64,000 bases of DNA from an uncultured Planctomycetota bacterium (GCA_963737655.1 CAVTTN010000002.1:2048001-2112000); one strand, 5' to 3'. Shown: positions 1-10,577, counted from the stretch's first letter. Notes: generated from the sequence alone by a model not told the origin. Program-made: numbers and translations.

Positions 1-540
1 CAGCCAGTACGCCCCGAGGAGCCGGCCCAGGCGGTCGATCCAGTGGGGCTCGGCCCGCCATCGACGCATCAGGATCAAGGCGAGCCACGCCCCGGCGACC
101 GAGGCGGCCGTCCACGAGGTGATCAGGAGCCAGACCTGCTCGAAGGCGTCGGGCCTCCGGAACCCCGGCCGGTGGCGGACCGCCGCGAACCACGCCAGCC
201 CGGGAAGGAGCGAGGCGATCCCCGCCATCCCGGCCGCGAACCCCGGACCCCGGGCCAATCGGCGGATCGAGGGCCTCGGGGGTTCGAACCTCAAGGCCAC
301 CAGGGCCGCCATCATCGGCACCGCCACGCACGAGATCGGCCCATAGAGCCACGAGAACAGCCGGATGACCCAGAGGCCGCGCTCGCCTCTCATCTGCTGC
401 TGGGCGAACGCCATCGCCCGGACGAACCCCGGCCAGTAGGCGTTGACCAACCACGCCGCCACGGCCGACGCCGCCACCAGGATCATCCCGTCGGAGATCG
501 AGAACCGCCGCCGGATCGGCGACGGAGTCCGGGGGCTCAT
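1..540 (-). CDS. Membrane protein of a paralogous planctomycete family (runs off the window edge)
   Basis: Not in the ORF track. My translation from ATG 540 reads [30 protein letters not shown]...[26 protein letters not shown] overlap with the ABC ATPase stop. Shares N- and C-terminal motifs with 10574-11197. Confidence 0.8.
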   Translation of the reverse strand, partial: MSPRTPSPIRRRFSISDGMILVAASAVAAWLVNAYWPGFVRAMAFAQQQMRGERGLWVIRLFSWLYGPISCVAVPMMAALVALRFEPPRPSIRRLARGPGFAAGMAGIASLLPGLAWFAAVRHRPGFRRPDAFEQVWLLITSWTAASVAGAWLALILMRRWRAEPHWIDRLGRLLGAYWL

Positions 541-1287
541 GAGGCCGCCTCCCCCGCCAGCACGGGCTCGACGGCCACATCCGATTCCACCCGCCCATCC
601 CGAATCCGCACGATCCGCCGGCACTTCGCCGCCACGTCGGGCTCGTGGGTGACGACCACGATGGTCTGCCCCTCGCGATGGAGCTCGGCGAACAGGGCGA
701 GGATCTCGTCGCCGGTCTGGGTGTCCAAATTGCCCGTCGGTTCGTCGGCGAGGATCAGGGACGGCCTCTGGACCAGGGCCCGGGCGATCGCCACTCTCTG
801 CCTCTGCCCGCCGCTCATCTGGTTGGGGCGATGGTCCATCCGGTCGGCCAGGCCGACCCGCCGCAACGCCTCGATCGCCCGCTTTCGGGGCTCGGGGACC
901 CTGGTGTACGTGAGCGGCAACTCGACGTTCCTCAGGGCCGTCTGCCTCGGCAGGAGCTCGAAGGTCTGGAAGACGAAGCCGATCTGCCGCCCCCGGACCC
1001 GGGCGAGCTCCGATTGCGGGAGCCGGGCCACGTCCCGGCCGTCGAGCCAGTACTTGCCGGACGTCGGCACATCCAGGAGCCCGAGGATATTCATCAAGGT
1101 CGATTTGCCCGACCCCGACGGCCCCATGATCGCCACCAGCTCGTTGTCGCCGATCGCCAGGTCGACGCCGCGAAGCGCATGGACCGTCTCGGCCGCCATC
1201 CGGTATTCCTTGGCGATCCCTTCCAGGCGGATGATCGCGCCGCCGCCGTCTCCGGCTCCGGGCTTCTCGTCGAGGTCCGCGCTCGAT
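537..1287 (-). CDS. ABC transporter ATP-binding protein (LolD/MacB-type ATPase)
   Basis: Walker [11 protein letters not shown]-loop IGFVFQ, signature [15 protein letters not shown], Walker [13 protein letters not shown]-loop VVTH. Start inferred at 1287 after removing the extra G1285; GGAGG lies upstream. Confidence 0.9.
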
Positions 1288-1697
1288 GATCCCTCCGGCC
1301 CGAGGGTCCGCCAGACGACCAGGCCGACCAGGACGAGGCTCCCGACGACCACCACCGCCGTCAGCACCACGATCGACGCGAACGCCGGCTCGTAGTGGCC
1401 CGAGTCGATCGCCTTCCGGCCCCGATCGTACCGCCAGGCCGACCACCCGCAGAACGCCGTGCCGATCAGCAAGAACACGACCCCGCTGACCAGGAACTCA
1501 TGCCCCGAACGGAACCGGACCGTCTGGGCGCCCATCGCCACTCCGGCCGCCGCGATCTGGCGGAGGAACAGGCCCATCCTCGCCAGGACGAACCCCAGGC
1601 CGATCAGCCCCAGGGACGTCCGGACCCAGGCCAGGAACGTCCGCTCATTGGCCAGGTGGTCGCGGGTCCGGTTTGACGAGGAGCTTGCGGGTTCCAC
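1283..1697 (-). CDS. DUF202/YidH family membrane protein (in-frame with the ABC ATPase as sequenced)
   Basis: [27 protein letters not shown] motif and three hydrophobic segments. GTG start at 1697 with AAGGGAG upstream. Confidence 0.85.
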
Positions 1698-1730
1698 GGC
1701 GGAAAACTCTCCCTTAAGCCGAGTGGGGTC

Positions 1731-1778
1731 GTTCCCGGGTGGCATGTCTCCGAAGACGTGAGCATGCCGCCCGGGAAC
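1731..1778. repeat. REP-like palindrome, family A (GGGTGGCATG...CATGCCRCCC)
   Basis: GTTCCCGGGTGGCATG (1731-1746) and CATGCCGCCCGGGAAC (1763-1778) are 15/16 complementary. Confidence 0.75.
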
Positions 1779-1951
1779 ATCCTCCGAAGGGAAGACACCG
1801 GCCGCGACGATCGCGACGGCCGGGCGGTCGGTTCCTCGGATGCGAGGCGTGACGGTCGGGCGAGGTCGGTCCTCGTCGGAATCCCGCGCCGGGCGGCCTC
1901 TCCGTGCTAGCGTTGAGGGTTCCGCTCGGAAACTCAACGGAGGGGAATCCC

Positions 1952-2314
1952 ATGCGGCGAATCCTCGGGACGGTGGCGGTGGCGGTCGGTCTCTGGGCGG
2001 CGGGCGGGTCGGGCGCCCGGGCCCAGTATCTCATGCCCGGGGACGCGGCCGGGTTCGGCCGATACGGGATCTCCAATGGCAAGGGCTACAGCGTGAACAC
2101 GCCGAGGGGCGTGGGCTACTATACCGGCCTGTACTACCCGACCGACAACCAGGGGCCGTCGGCCTACTACGACCCGATCTGGTCGAGCCTCAACGGCCGG
2201 CCGAAATTCCCGAACAATCGCGACTGGTCGTTCTCGCCCCCGTGGTCGGCCAACTACCGCCAGGGCCAGGCCCGGCCCAGGCTGATGGCCCGGTTCCGGC
2301 ACGAGGGCGAGTGA
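1952..2314 (+). CDS. Small exported Tyr/Gly-rich hypothetical protein
   Basis: GGAGGGG RBS. Signal peptide MRRILGTVAVAVGLWAAGGSGARA-Q, with codon usage typical of the window. Confidence 0.75.
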   Translation: MRRILGTVAVAVGLWAAGGSGARAQYLMPGDAAGFGRYGISNGKGYSVNTPRGVGYYTGLYYPTDNQGPSAYYDPIWSSLNGRPKFPNNRDWSFSPPWSANYRQGQARPRLMARFRHEGE

Positions 2315-2325
2315 GCTCTCGAGGA

Positions 2326-3624
2326 TCAAGACGGCCGTCCCTCCGGCTCGGTGCCGACCTTCGCCGGGGTCACGGGGTGGCCGTCCTTGAGCTCGTCCAG
2401 GGCGCGGAAGGGGCCGACGATCACGCGGTCCGTCGGCGCCAGGCCCGAGAGGATCTCGACGCGGTTCTCGTCGCTGATCCCGGTCTCGACCGGCCGCGCC
2501 CGGGCCGCTCCGTTCTCGACGACGAAGACGATCGTGACGTACCGCGCCTCGGCATCTCGCGCCTTCTCGCGGAAGCCCGCGAGGTTTTTCGCCGCCCATT
2601 CGCGGACGGCCGGGCTGTCCGGCAGGTCTTTGCGGCGGCGGTGGACGACGGCCTGGACCGGGATTCCGAGGACGTCGTCGGCCCTCTTGACCTCGATCTC
2701 CACCGTCGCCGTCATCTCCGGCCGGACCGCGTCGCCGTGGGACGAGCCGACCGTCACCAGGGTCTCGAAATACACCACCTCGTCGGTCTTCTTCCCCTTC
2801 GGCGCCACGCGATCGACGGTCCCGGGGATCGGCCGGGCGGGGTCGGCCTGGAGATAGACGCGGCTGACCTGCCCCCGGCGGACGAGGGGGACGTCGGTCT
2901 CGTCCACCTCGGCCCGGACCTGCATCCGCGACAGGTCGGCCACCGTCATCAGGACCGTCCCCGGCAGGTTCGTCGTCCCGGCGATCACGACCTCGCCGAC
3001 CTCGACCTCGCAGCCCGAGACCACGCCGTCGATCGGGGCGCGGATCTCGGTGCGGTCGAGGTCTTGCTGGCTCGTCCGCCTCATGGCCTCGCTCTCGCGG
3101 AGCTCGTTGCGGCAGACGTTCACGGCGGCCTCGGATCGGGTCATCGCCGATCGGGCGTCGGCCAGCTCGGTGGGCGTGGCCACGCCCCGGAGCGAGAGCT
3201 TGGCCGATCGGTCCACGTCGCGAGACGCCTTGTCGCGGTCGGATTCGGCCTGGGCGATCGCGGATCTCAGCCTCTCGATCCTCGCCAGCATCGAGTCCAG
3301 CCGGGCCCGGGCCTCGGTCTCCTCGAGCTTCACGAGCAGGTCGCCCTTCTTGACCGTGTCGCCGTCCTTCACGCGGACCTGCACGACCCGGCCGACGATC
3401 TGCGAGGCGATCTCCGCCTCGTCGACCGGCTCGACCACGCCGGGGGCGATCACCGTCTGGACGATCGGCCCGCGGACGGCCGACTCGACGGCCACCTCGC
3501 GAGGGGGCGGCTTGACGAGCTGCCAGTCGATCGTCATGGCCCTCGGGTCGCGCCCGAGGTTGGCCGCGGCGACGACCCCCACCACCACCACAACGGCCAT
3601 CGCGGCCAGGAGCGAACGTCGCAT
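2326..3624 (-). CDS. Efflux periplasmic adaptor (MacA/HlyD/YknX-like membrane fusion protein)
   Basis: N-terminal TM, lipoyl-like halves (VKDGDTVKKGDLLVKL; IRAPIDGVV), coiled coil, VDETDV and VETGISD motifs. Confidence 0.9.
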   Translation of the reverse strand: MRRSLLAAMAVVVVVGVVAAANLGRDPRAMTIDWQLVKPPPREVAVESAVRGPIVQTVIAPGVVEPVDEAEIASQIVGRVVQVRVKDGDTVKKGDLLVKLEETEARARLDSMLARIERLRSAIAQAESDRDKASRDVDRSAKLSLRGVATPTELADARSAMTRSEAAVNVCRNELRESEAMRRTSQQDLDRTEIRAPIDGVVSGCEVEVGEVVIAGTTNLPGTVLMTVADLSRMQVRAEVDETDVPLVRRGQVSRVYLQADPARPIPGTVDRVAPKGKKTDEVVYFETLVTVGSSHGDAVRPEMTATVEIEVKRADDVLGIPVQAVVHRRRKDLPDSPAVREWAAKNLAGFREKARDAEARYVTIVFVVENGAARARPVETGISDENRVEILSGLAPTDRVIVGPFRALDELKDGHPVTPAKVGTEPEGRPS

Positions 3625-3649
3625 CGGTCGCCTTTCTGATTGCAAACGA

Positions 3650-4360
3650 TCAGACCTCGGGCAAGAGCGACAGCCGCATCCCCGCGCCGACCACCAACGC
3701 CGCCATCATCCGCATCACCGACTCACTCATCCACAGCGTCCCGCAGATCAGGAAGGCCGAGACCGGCCCGACCTGCCTCCGGCGGACGCCCCCCCAGGCG
3801 ATCGCCAGCCAGCCCATCAGGGCGAAGGCGTCGAGCTGGCGCATCACGACGACCTCGGCGGCCTGATGCTCGCCCGGCCCGAGCAGGAGGGCCGCCGAGG
3901 TCTCGATCTCCGGCCGCTTCAGGAAGAGGGTCAGCCCGAGCCTCACGGCCAGCCCGAGCACCCAGAACCCCTGGGCGGCCGAGCACGCCGCCAGGCCCCG
4001 AGAAAACCCGATCGGCCGGCCCGTCATCGCGGCGATCCCGGCGAACGCCACGGCCGCCAGGCTCGCCCGGAGGATCAGCCCGAGGGGCTCGAACCCCAGG
4101 TCGCCGAGGATTTCCAGGGCCGACCAGAAGACGCGCGAGTCCCTCTGGAGGCCGATCGCCTTGCGAACCACGTCGTCGGGCTGCTCGCCGACGCCTCGCG
4201 ACTCCGCCCGGCCCGCGCCCTCCTCGACGGCCGAGGAAACCTCGGTCCCCCTCGCCCCGGCGACCCAGAGAGACGCCTGCATCAGCACGGTCAGCGCGAT
4301 CCATCCGGCCAGGATCGGCCCCGCCGCCACCGATCGACCCTCCGTCGGTTCGCTCGCCAC
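3650..4360 (-). CDS. Multi-pass membrane protein, YIP1/YknW-like
   Basis: About 5 hydrophobic helices with a soluble loop after TM1. Directly upstream of the adaptor gene; GTG start with GGAGG. Confidence 0.6.
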   Translation of the reverse strand: MASEPTEGRSVAAGPILAGWIALTVLMQASLWVAGARGTEVSSAVEEGAGRAESRGVGEQPDDVVRKAIGLQRDSRVFWSALEILGDLGFEPLGLILRASLAAVAFAGIAAMTGRPIGFSRGLAACSAAQGFWVLGLAVRLGLTLFLKRPEIETSAALLLGPGEHQAAEVVVMRQLDAFALMGWLAIAWGGVRRRQVGPVSAFLICGTLWMSESVMRMMAALVVGAGMRLSLLPEV

Positions 4361-4620
4361 GTCGCCAGGCCCTCCGCCGCATCGCCGCCCTCGTCCCGAA
4401 GCGCTTCGGCCCCGCCGGCCGTCATTCTCGCAAATCTCGCCGGATCGCCCAAGTCCGGCTTCGATACCCGTCGCCGACGGCCCGGGTTTCGACCTGGTGA
4501 GGGTCGCCTCGCCAGGGTCTTGCAATCGTTTGGCCCTCGTGCCATAGTTCACGAGCCTCCGACCGGGCCTGGCGAGAACGGCTGCGGTCGGCCCGAGCGA
4601 TCCCCGGCGAGACATCGGCG

Positions 4621-6996
4621 ATGACGACCCCTCCGTGGCAAGTTTGGCTCTACGTGGCCGCGGTGCTGATCCCCCTGGGGGCCTTCGTCGTCGAGCTCCT
4701 GCTCCTCCGACTCCTCGGCAAGCTCAACGCCTATCTCGCGACCGCCGCCATCCTCTCGTCGTTCGTCCTGAGCGTGGTCGGCCTCTCGACGGCCCTGCCC
4801 AGCCTCCTCTCTCACGAGAAGCAGGAAGCCCGGGCCGGCGAGGACAAGATCAAGGGCGAGGGGCCGATCGACGCGAAGGGGCATGTCGAGGAACACGCCT
4901 CCGCCGAACACGCCGGCCCGCCGGTCTGGGAGGTCGGCTTCGACTGGGTCGCCCTCGGCGGCGGGATCGTCCAGCCCTCCGACGTGATCGCCGAGAAACC
5001 CGCGACGGCCCGCCCCCCCCTGATCATCCCGATCCGCGTCCGGATCGACGGCCTCTCGATGATCATGTTCACCATGGTCACGTTCGTGGCCTCGCTGGTG
5101 CATCTCTACTCGATCGGCTACATGCACGGCGACAAGCGATACCCGCTGTTCTTCGCCTACCTGTCGCTGTTCTGCTTCTCGATGCTCGGCCTGCTCGCCT
5201 CGGCGAACGTCCTGATGGTGTTCATGTGCTGGGAGCTGGTGGGCGTCTGCTCGTACCTCCTGATCGGGTTCTGGTACGAGGAGAAGAAGAACTCCGACGC
5301 GGCCAACAAGGCGTTCATCGCCAACCGCATGGGGGACGTCGGGATGCTCGTCGGCCTGGGGATCATCTGGGCCTACTTCGGCACGTTCGACATCGCCACC
5401 CTGAACGGCAAGGCGCCGGTGGCGATCCAGGGGAAAGCCGTCGAATACGGCCTGTCGGCCCACGACCTCCGCGACGAGTTCGGCCGGATCACGCAGAGCT
5501 CGGCCGGGGGCGAGTCGGTCACGGTCAAGCTGCCCGAGACCGTCGACGGCCAGACGACGCTCGTGCCCCACAAGATCCCGTACTGGCTGCTCGTCCTGGC
5601 CGGGCTCGGGATCTTCGCCGGCTGCGTGGGCAAGAGCGCCCAGTTCCCCCTGCACGTCTGGCTGCCCGACGCGATGGCCGGTCCCACGCCGGTCTCGGCG
5701 CTGATCCACGCGGCCACGATGGTGGCGGCGGGCGTGTATCTCGTCGGCCGGTTCTACCCGCTATTCACCGACGGCGTCCTCCTCTACATCGCCTACACCG
5801 GCGGGATCACCCTGCTGATCGCCGCGACGATCGCCGTCGTGCAGACCGACTACAAGAAGGTCCTGGCGTACTCGACGGTCAGCCAGCTCGGCTTCATGAT
5901 GCTCGGCCTGGGCGTCGGCGGCTGGGCGGCCGGGCTGTTCCACCTGCTGACGCACGCCTTCTTCAAGGCCCTCCTGTTCCTCGGCGCCGGCAGCGTCTAT
6001 CACGCCGTCCACACCTACGAGATGCCGGTGCTCGGCGGCCTGCGGAAGAAGATGCCGATCACCGCCTACACGATGCTCGCCGGCACCCTGGCGATCTCGG
6101 GCGTGCCGTTCTTCAGCGGGTTCTACTCGAAGGACGCGATCCTCGGCAACGCGCTGTTCCTGGTCCGGCAGAGGCCCGAGCACATGGCCCTGTTCATCCT
6201 GCCGGCGGTCGGGGCGCTGCTCACGGCATTCTACATGTTCCGCATGTGGTTCCTGCTCTTCTCGGGCGAGCCCCGGAAGGCGGAGGCCCACGGCCACGAT
6301 CACGGCCACGCGGCCCCCGGGCACGGACATGGGCACGACGACCACGGCCACGGCAGCCCGGCCGATCACGCCCACGAGAGCCCGCCGATCATGGCCTGGC
6401 CGCTGATCGCCCTGGCGATCCCGGCGGTCATCATCGGCTATCCCCTGACCGTGATCCCGATCCAGGAGCCGGTCCTCGAAGCGATGCTCGCCGCCGTCGA
6501 GCCGATCGGGGCGGTGGAGCTGGGCTCGGCCAAGTGGCTGGCGATGGGCGGGTCGATCCTGATCGCCCTGGTCGGCATCGCCGCGGCGGCGCTCTATTAT
6601 TCGCCCCGCAAGCTGCTCAACCCGGCCACCAGCGCCCGCCGCTACTCCTGGGCCTATGACCTGTTCATCCACAAGTGGTATTTCGACGAGATTTACGACG
6701 CCCTGCTCGTCAAGCCCACGCTCGCGCTGGCCCGTGGCGTGGCGGCGTTCGACAAGGCGTTCGTCGATGGGATCGTCAATGCCGCCGCCGGCCTGACCGT
6801 CGGCCTGAGCAAGTTCGAGGGCTTCTTCGACCGCTTCGCCGTGGACGGCCTGGTCACCCTGGTGTCTCGGCTCGTGTACGTCCTGGGGGACTACGGCCGA
6901 TCGATCCAGACCGGTCGGCTGAGGAATTACCTGGCCCTGCTCGCCCTGGCCGTCGTCGGCCTGTTCGCGGGCGTCTTCTACTGGATTCAGGCCTGA
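4621..6996 (+). CDS. nuoL: NADH-quinone oxidoreductase subunit L
   Basis: WELVGVCSYLLIGFW, KAFIANRMGD, GKSAQFPLHVWLPDAMAGPTPVSALIHAATMV, HAFFKALLFL, KWYFDEIY and QTGRLRNY motifs. Confidence 0.95.
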   Translation: MTTPPWQVWLYVAAVLIPLGAFVVELLLLRLLGKLNAYLATAAILSSFVLSVVGLSTALPSLLSHEKQEARAGEDKIKGEGPIDAKGHVEEHASAEHAGPPVWEVGFDWVALGGGIVQPSDVIAEKPATARPPLIIPIRVRIDGLSMIMFTMVTFVASLVHLYSIGYMHGDKRYPLFFAYLSLFCFSMLGLLASANVLMVFMCWELVGVCSYLLIGFWYEEKKNSDAANKAFIANRMGDVGMLVGLGIIWAYFGTFDIATLNGKAPVAIQGKAVEYGLSAHDLRDEFGRITQSSAGGESVTVKLPETVDGQTTLVPHKIPYWLLVLAGLGIFAGCVGKSAQFPLHVWLPDAMAGPTPVSALIHAATMVAAGVYLVGRFYPLFTDGVLLYIAYTGGITLLIAATIAVVQTDYKKVLAYSTVSQLGFMMLGLGVGGWAAGLFHLLTHAFFKALLFLGAGSVYHAVHTYEMPVLGGLRKKMPITAYTMLAGTLAISGVPFFSGFYSKDAILGNALFLVRQRPEHMALFILPAVGALLTAFYMFRMWFLLFSGEPRKAEAHGHDHGHAAPGHGHGHDDHGHGSPADHAHESPPIMAWPLIALAIPAVIIGYPLTVIPIQEPVLEAMLAAVEPIGAVELGSAKWLAMGGSILIALVGIAAAALYYSPRKLLNPATSARRYSWAYDLFIHKWYFDEIYDALLVKPTLALARGVAAFDKAFVDGIVNAAAGLTVGLSKFEGFFDRFAVDGLVTLVSRLVYVLGDYGRSIQTGRLRNYLALLALAVVGLFAGVFYWIQA

Positions 6997-7061
6997 CTCG
7001 GCTTCGATCCGCCACCTTGATTCGCACGGAACCAGAGAGCCAGAGAGCCGAGAGACTCACC

Positions 7062-8828
7062 ATGACCGACGCGCTCCTCAAAGACGACTGGCTGCTCAGC
7101 CTCCTCTGGGCCGTCCCCCTGGGCGGGTCGCTCCTGGTCCTGCTGATCCCGAAGAAGGCCGAGGGGGCCATCAAGGTCACCTCGCTGGCCGTCACCCTGG
7201 TGATGCTGGCCCTCTCGCTCGTCGCCTTCGCCGAGTATACCGGCTCGGGCACGAAGGACGTCGCCTCCGCCCCGCTCCGCCTGAAGGCCGAGAAGAACGC
7301 GATCACCTTCGACGGCTCGGGAGTCGTCACCGGCCACACCGACGCCCCGGGAGACCTGGTCGTCCGCCACACCTGGATCCCGTACTTCAACATCCAGTAC
7401 TACCTCGGCCTCGACGGGATCAGCCTGAGCCTGGTCCTGCTCACCGGGCTGGTGAGCGTCCTGGCGTGCCTGGCGTCGTGGAACATCGAGAAGCACGTCA
7501 AGGGCTACTTCTCGTTGTTTCTCCTGCTCAACGCCAGCATGGTCGGCGTGTTCCTCGCGCTCGATCTGTTCCTGTTCTACGTGTTCTTCGAGGTCATGCT
7601 CCTGCCGATGTACTTCCTGATCGCCATCTGGGGCGGCGAGAACCGGGAGTACGCGGCGATCAAGTTCCTGCTCTACACGCTGTTCGGCTCGGTCTTCATC
7701 CTGGTGGCCATCCTGCTGCTCTACTTCTGGGGCGGGGATAGCTCGGTACTCCCGGCCGGTCCCCAGGTCCGAGCCGGCATCGACGCTTTGGCGACGGCCT
7801 CGATGGGCAAGGCCGGCTTCACGGCCCACTCCTTCGACACCGTCTTGCTCACGCAGGTGGCGGCGACCGGATATTACGGCTCGGTCATCCAGCAGTGGAT
7901 CTTCGGCCTGTTCCTCGTCGGGTTCCTCGTCAAGCTCCCCTCGTTCCCGTTCCACACCTGGCTGCCCGATGCCCACGTCCAGGCGCCGACGCCGATCAGC
8001 ATGATCCTGGCCGGCGTCCTCCTGAAGATCGGCGGCTACGGGATGATCCGGCTGGCCTGGCCACTTGCGCCGGCCGGCGCGTATTCGCTGTCCTACTTCG
8101 TCGCCGCCCTGGGTGCCTTCAGCATCATCTATGGCGCCCTGGCGGCGATGGCTCAAACGGACTTCAAGAAGCTGGTGGCCTACAGTTCCGTGAGCCACAT
8201 GGGGTATGTGACCCTGGGGATGGCCGTGATGACCCTCACCGGCGACCCGAGGTACTACGCCTACGGGGTCAACGGCGCCATGTTCATGATGATCGCCCAC
8301 GGGATCACGTCCACGGGCATGTTCTTCCTGGTCGGGGTGATTTATGAACGGGCTCACACTCGCGACCTGAAGAAGCTCGGCGGCCTGTTCAATGTGATGC
8401 CGATCTACGGGGCCGTCTCGTTCCTGATCTTCTTCGGGTCGATGGGCCTGCCCGGCCTCTGCGGGTTCGTGGCCGAGGTCTTCGTGGTCCTGGCGTCGTT
8501 CAACTACAACATCCCCCTGGCGATCCTCGCCGCGGCGGCGGTGATCCTGACGGCCGGCTACATCCTCTGGACCCTCCAGCGCGTCTTCCTCGGCCGGAAC
8601 GATCACTACAACGGCCTGCCCGACCTCAGCCTCCGGGAGATGGTCATCGCGGCGCCTCTGGTGATCTTCACCGTCCTCCTCGGCGTGTTCCCCGGGATGC
8701 TCCTGGACTGGATGGGGCCGTCGGTGGACGACATGGTCCGCCAGGTCGTCGCCGCCCAGACCGTCCGCTCCTCCCCACCGCCCGAGGCCCCCAAGATCAC
8801 CCGGGCCGACGCCCCGGCTCCTCGGTAG
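7062..8828 (+). CDS. nuoM: NADH-quinone oxidoreductase subunit M
   Basis: LGLDGIS, FEVMLLPMYFLI, PFHTWLPDAHVQAPT, LLKIGGYG, AYSSVSHMG and GLPGLCGFVAE motifs; follows nuoL. Confidence 0.95.
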   Translation: MTDALLKDDWLLSLLWAVPLGGSLLVLLIPKKAEGAIKVTSLAVTLVMLALSLVAFAEYTGSGTKDVASAPLRLKAEKNAITFDGSGVVTGHTDAPGDLVVRHTWIPYFNIQYYLGLDGISLSLVLLTGLVSVLACLASWNIEKHVKGYFSLFLLLNASMVGVFLALDLFLFYVFFEVMLLPMYFLIAIWGGENREYAAIKFLLYTLFGSVFILVAILLLYFWGGDSSVLPAGPQVRAGIDALATASMGKAGFTAHSFDTVLLTQVAATGYYGSVIQQWIFGLFLVGFLVKLPSFPFHTWLPDAHVQAPTPISMILAGVLLKIGGYGMIRLAWPLAPAGAYSLSYFVAALGAFSIIYGALAAMAQTDFKKLVAYSSVSHMGYVTLGMAVMTLTGDPRYYAYGVNGAMFMMIAHGITSTGMFFLVGVIYERAHTRDLKKLGGLFNVMPIYGAVSFLIFFGSMGLPGLCGFVAEVFVVLASFNYNIPLAILAAAAVILTAGYILWTLQRVFLGRNDHYNGLPDLSLREMVIAAPLVIFTVLLGVFPGMLLDWMGPSVDDMVRQVVAAQTVRSSPPPEAPKITRADAPAPR

Positions 8829-8852
8829 TGGCCTGTCCATCCTGCCTTCGAG

Positions 8853-8888
8853 GGGTGGCATGCTTACGTCCCCGTAAGCATGCCACCC
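8853..8888. repeat. REP-like palindrome, family A; perfect 16-bp stem downstream of nuoM
   Basis: GGGTGGCATGCTTACG-TCCC-CGTAAGCATGCCACCC. Confidence 0.85.
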
Positions 8889-9162
8889 GACCTGTCCCCG
8901 TTTCTCGGGCGACGTGGTCTGGGAACCCCTGTGACTGATCTTGCCCGGATCGGCCGGAGCGGTTATGGTCCCGCCACCTCGCCCCGGCGACTCATGGCCG
9001 GGGGCGGTCGGCCCATCTCATGAATCGGTCCCCGCCGAGGACTTCGCCGGGCCCGATGCGAGTCGCCAGGGAAGGCGATCCTCTCGGGCCCCGTCCGTCT
9101 CGCGGCCTCGTGGCCCGACCGACGGCCTCCTCGCTCGCCTCGTCTCAAAGGAGTGGGACACG

Positions 9163-9641
9163 ATGCGGAGCACTTCGCGGATCGCCCCCCGGGCCCTGAT
9201 CGCCGGGATCGTCGGCCTCGGCCTGGCGGCGTCCCTCGGATCGGCCCAGGCCGGCGACGACCCGCCGCCGGTCGTCGAGAACACGGTCCGCCTCGAGCTC
9301 ATGATCGCCGGCCTCGGCGCCCAGGGCGCAGGATCGAGATCAAGCCGGCCCACCCGGGCTGCCAGTTCCCGACCGTCACCAAATCCATCCCCAAGGGCCG
9401 CGCCGAGATCGTCAAGCTCCCGCCCATCGCCATCGACGCCAGGAGCACGGGCGTCGATCGCGATTGCACGTTCGAAATCACCCTGACCGAGCCGGGCCAG
9501 AAGCCCAAGACCTTCCTCCGAGGTCTCCAGTTGACCGCCGCCAGGCCCGGCGAGAAGACCCCCACCAAATCGCTCCAGTGCCGCCTGCCCGCCACGTCGG
9601 TCGCCTCGCGAGACGACGCCAAGATCAAGGAACGCCGCTGA
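9163..9641 (+). CDS. Exported hypothetical protein, one frameshift near 9327
   Basis: AAGGAG RBS and signal peptide MRSTSRIAPRALIAGIVGLGLAASLGSAQA. Coding-like sequence continues in a shifted frame (RIEIKPAHPGCQF...); adding 1 nt gives 159 aa. Confidence 0.7.
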
Positions 9642-9755
9642 ATTTCCCGGGGTAAGGCTTGCCTCCCGGGCCGTCCGCCGACGATCATGGCCGGCGCCCC
9701 TCCCCGACGTTGGAGAGGGGCGCCGGCCACCTTCGTTCGCGACGGAAACCGCCCC

Positions 9756-10577
9756 ATGTCGGCCGATCGTCGGCTCCTCTCCGAGCGATTCCCCCGCGCC
9801 TCGCTCTACTCGCCCGACTGGATCATCGCCGGGGCCAGCGGAGGGGCGAATCCGCTCTGGCTGACCGAATGGCTGGCCGAGGGGCTGGACCTCCGCCCCG
9901 GGATGAGGGTCCTGGACCTCGGCTGCGGCCGGGGGCTCTCCTCGATCTTCCTCCGCCGCGAGTACGGCGTGGAGGTCTGGTCGGTCGACCTCTGGTTCCC
10001 GCCCGCCGAGAGGCTCGCGAGGATTCGAGACGCCGGGGTCCAGGACGGCGTGTTCCCGATCCACGCCGACGCCCGCTCCTTGCCGTTCGCCCCCGGCTTC
10101 TTCGACGCGATCCTCTCGATCGATTCCTATCTCTACTACGGGACGGACGACCTCTATCTCGGCTATCTCGCCCGGCTCGTGAAGCCGGGAGGCCAGATCG
10201 GCATCGCCGGGGCCGGGCTCATCCGGGAGATCGATGGCGAAGTCCCCGACGCGCTCCGCGCCTGGTGGGAACCGGGCCTGTGGTGCCTCCATTCGGCGTC
10301 CTGGTGGCGCCGGCACTGGGAGAAGACGGAAATCGTGGACGTCGAGATCGCCGACGCCCTCCCCGACGGCTGGAAGCCCTGGCTCCAATGGCATACCACC
10401 GCGTTCCCCGACAACCGCGACGAGATCGAGGCGGTCCGGGCCGACGCCGGGCAATTCCTCGGATATGTGCGCATGGTGGGGCGTCGCCGGGCTGATGTGA
10501 AGCTGGAAGATCCGATCCAGGCGTTGACCGTCGAATACACGAAGCATCCAATGCTCCGGGACGACGGAGGCCCATGA
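9756..10577 (+). CDS. Class I SAM-dependent methyltransferase
   Basis: VLDLGCGRG motif I, DARSLPFAPGFFDAI and LVKPGG motifs. Confidence 0.9.
   Translation: MSADRRLLSERFPRASLYSPDWIIAGASGGANPLWLTEWLAEGLDLRPGMRVLDLGCGRGLSSIFLRREYGVEVWSVDLWFPPAERLARIRDAGVQDGVFPIHADARSLPFAPGFFDAILSIDSYLYYGTDDLYLGYLARLVKPGGQIGIAGAGLIREIDGEVPDALRAWWEPGLWCLHSASWWRRHWEKTEIVDVEIADALPDGWKPWLQWHTTAFPDNRDEIEAVRADAGQFLGYVRMVGRRRADVKLEDPIQALTVEYTKHPMLRDDGGP

Noticed and set aside
6285..6380. His-rich loop in NuoL
   Set aside because: His-rich loops at this position are common in NuoL proteins.
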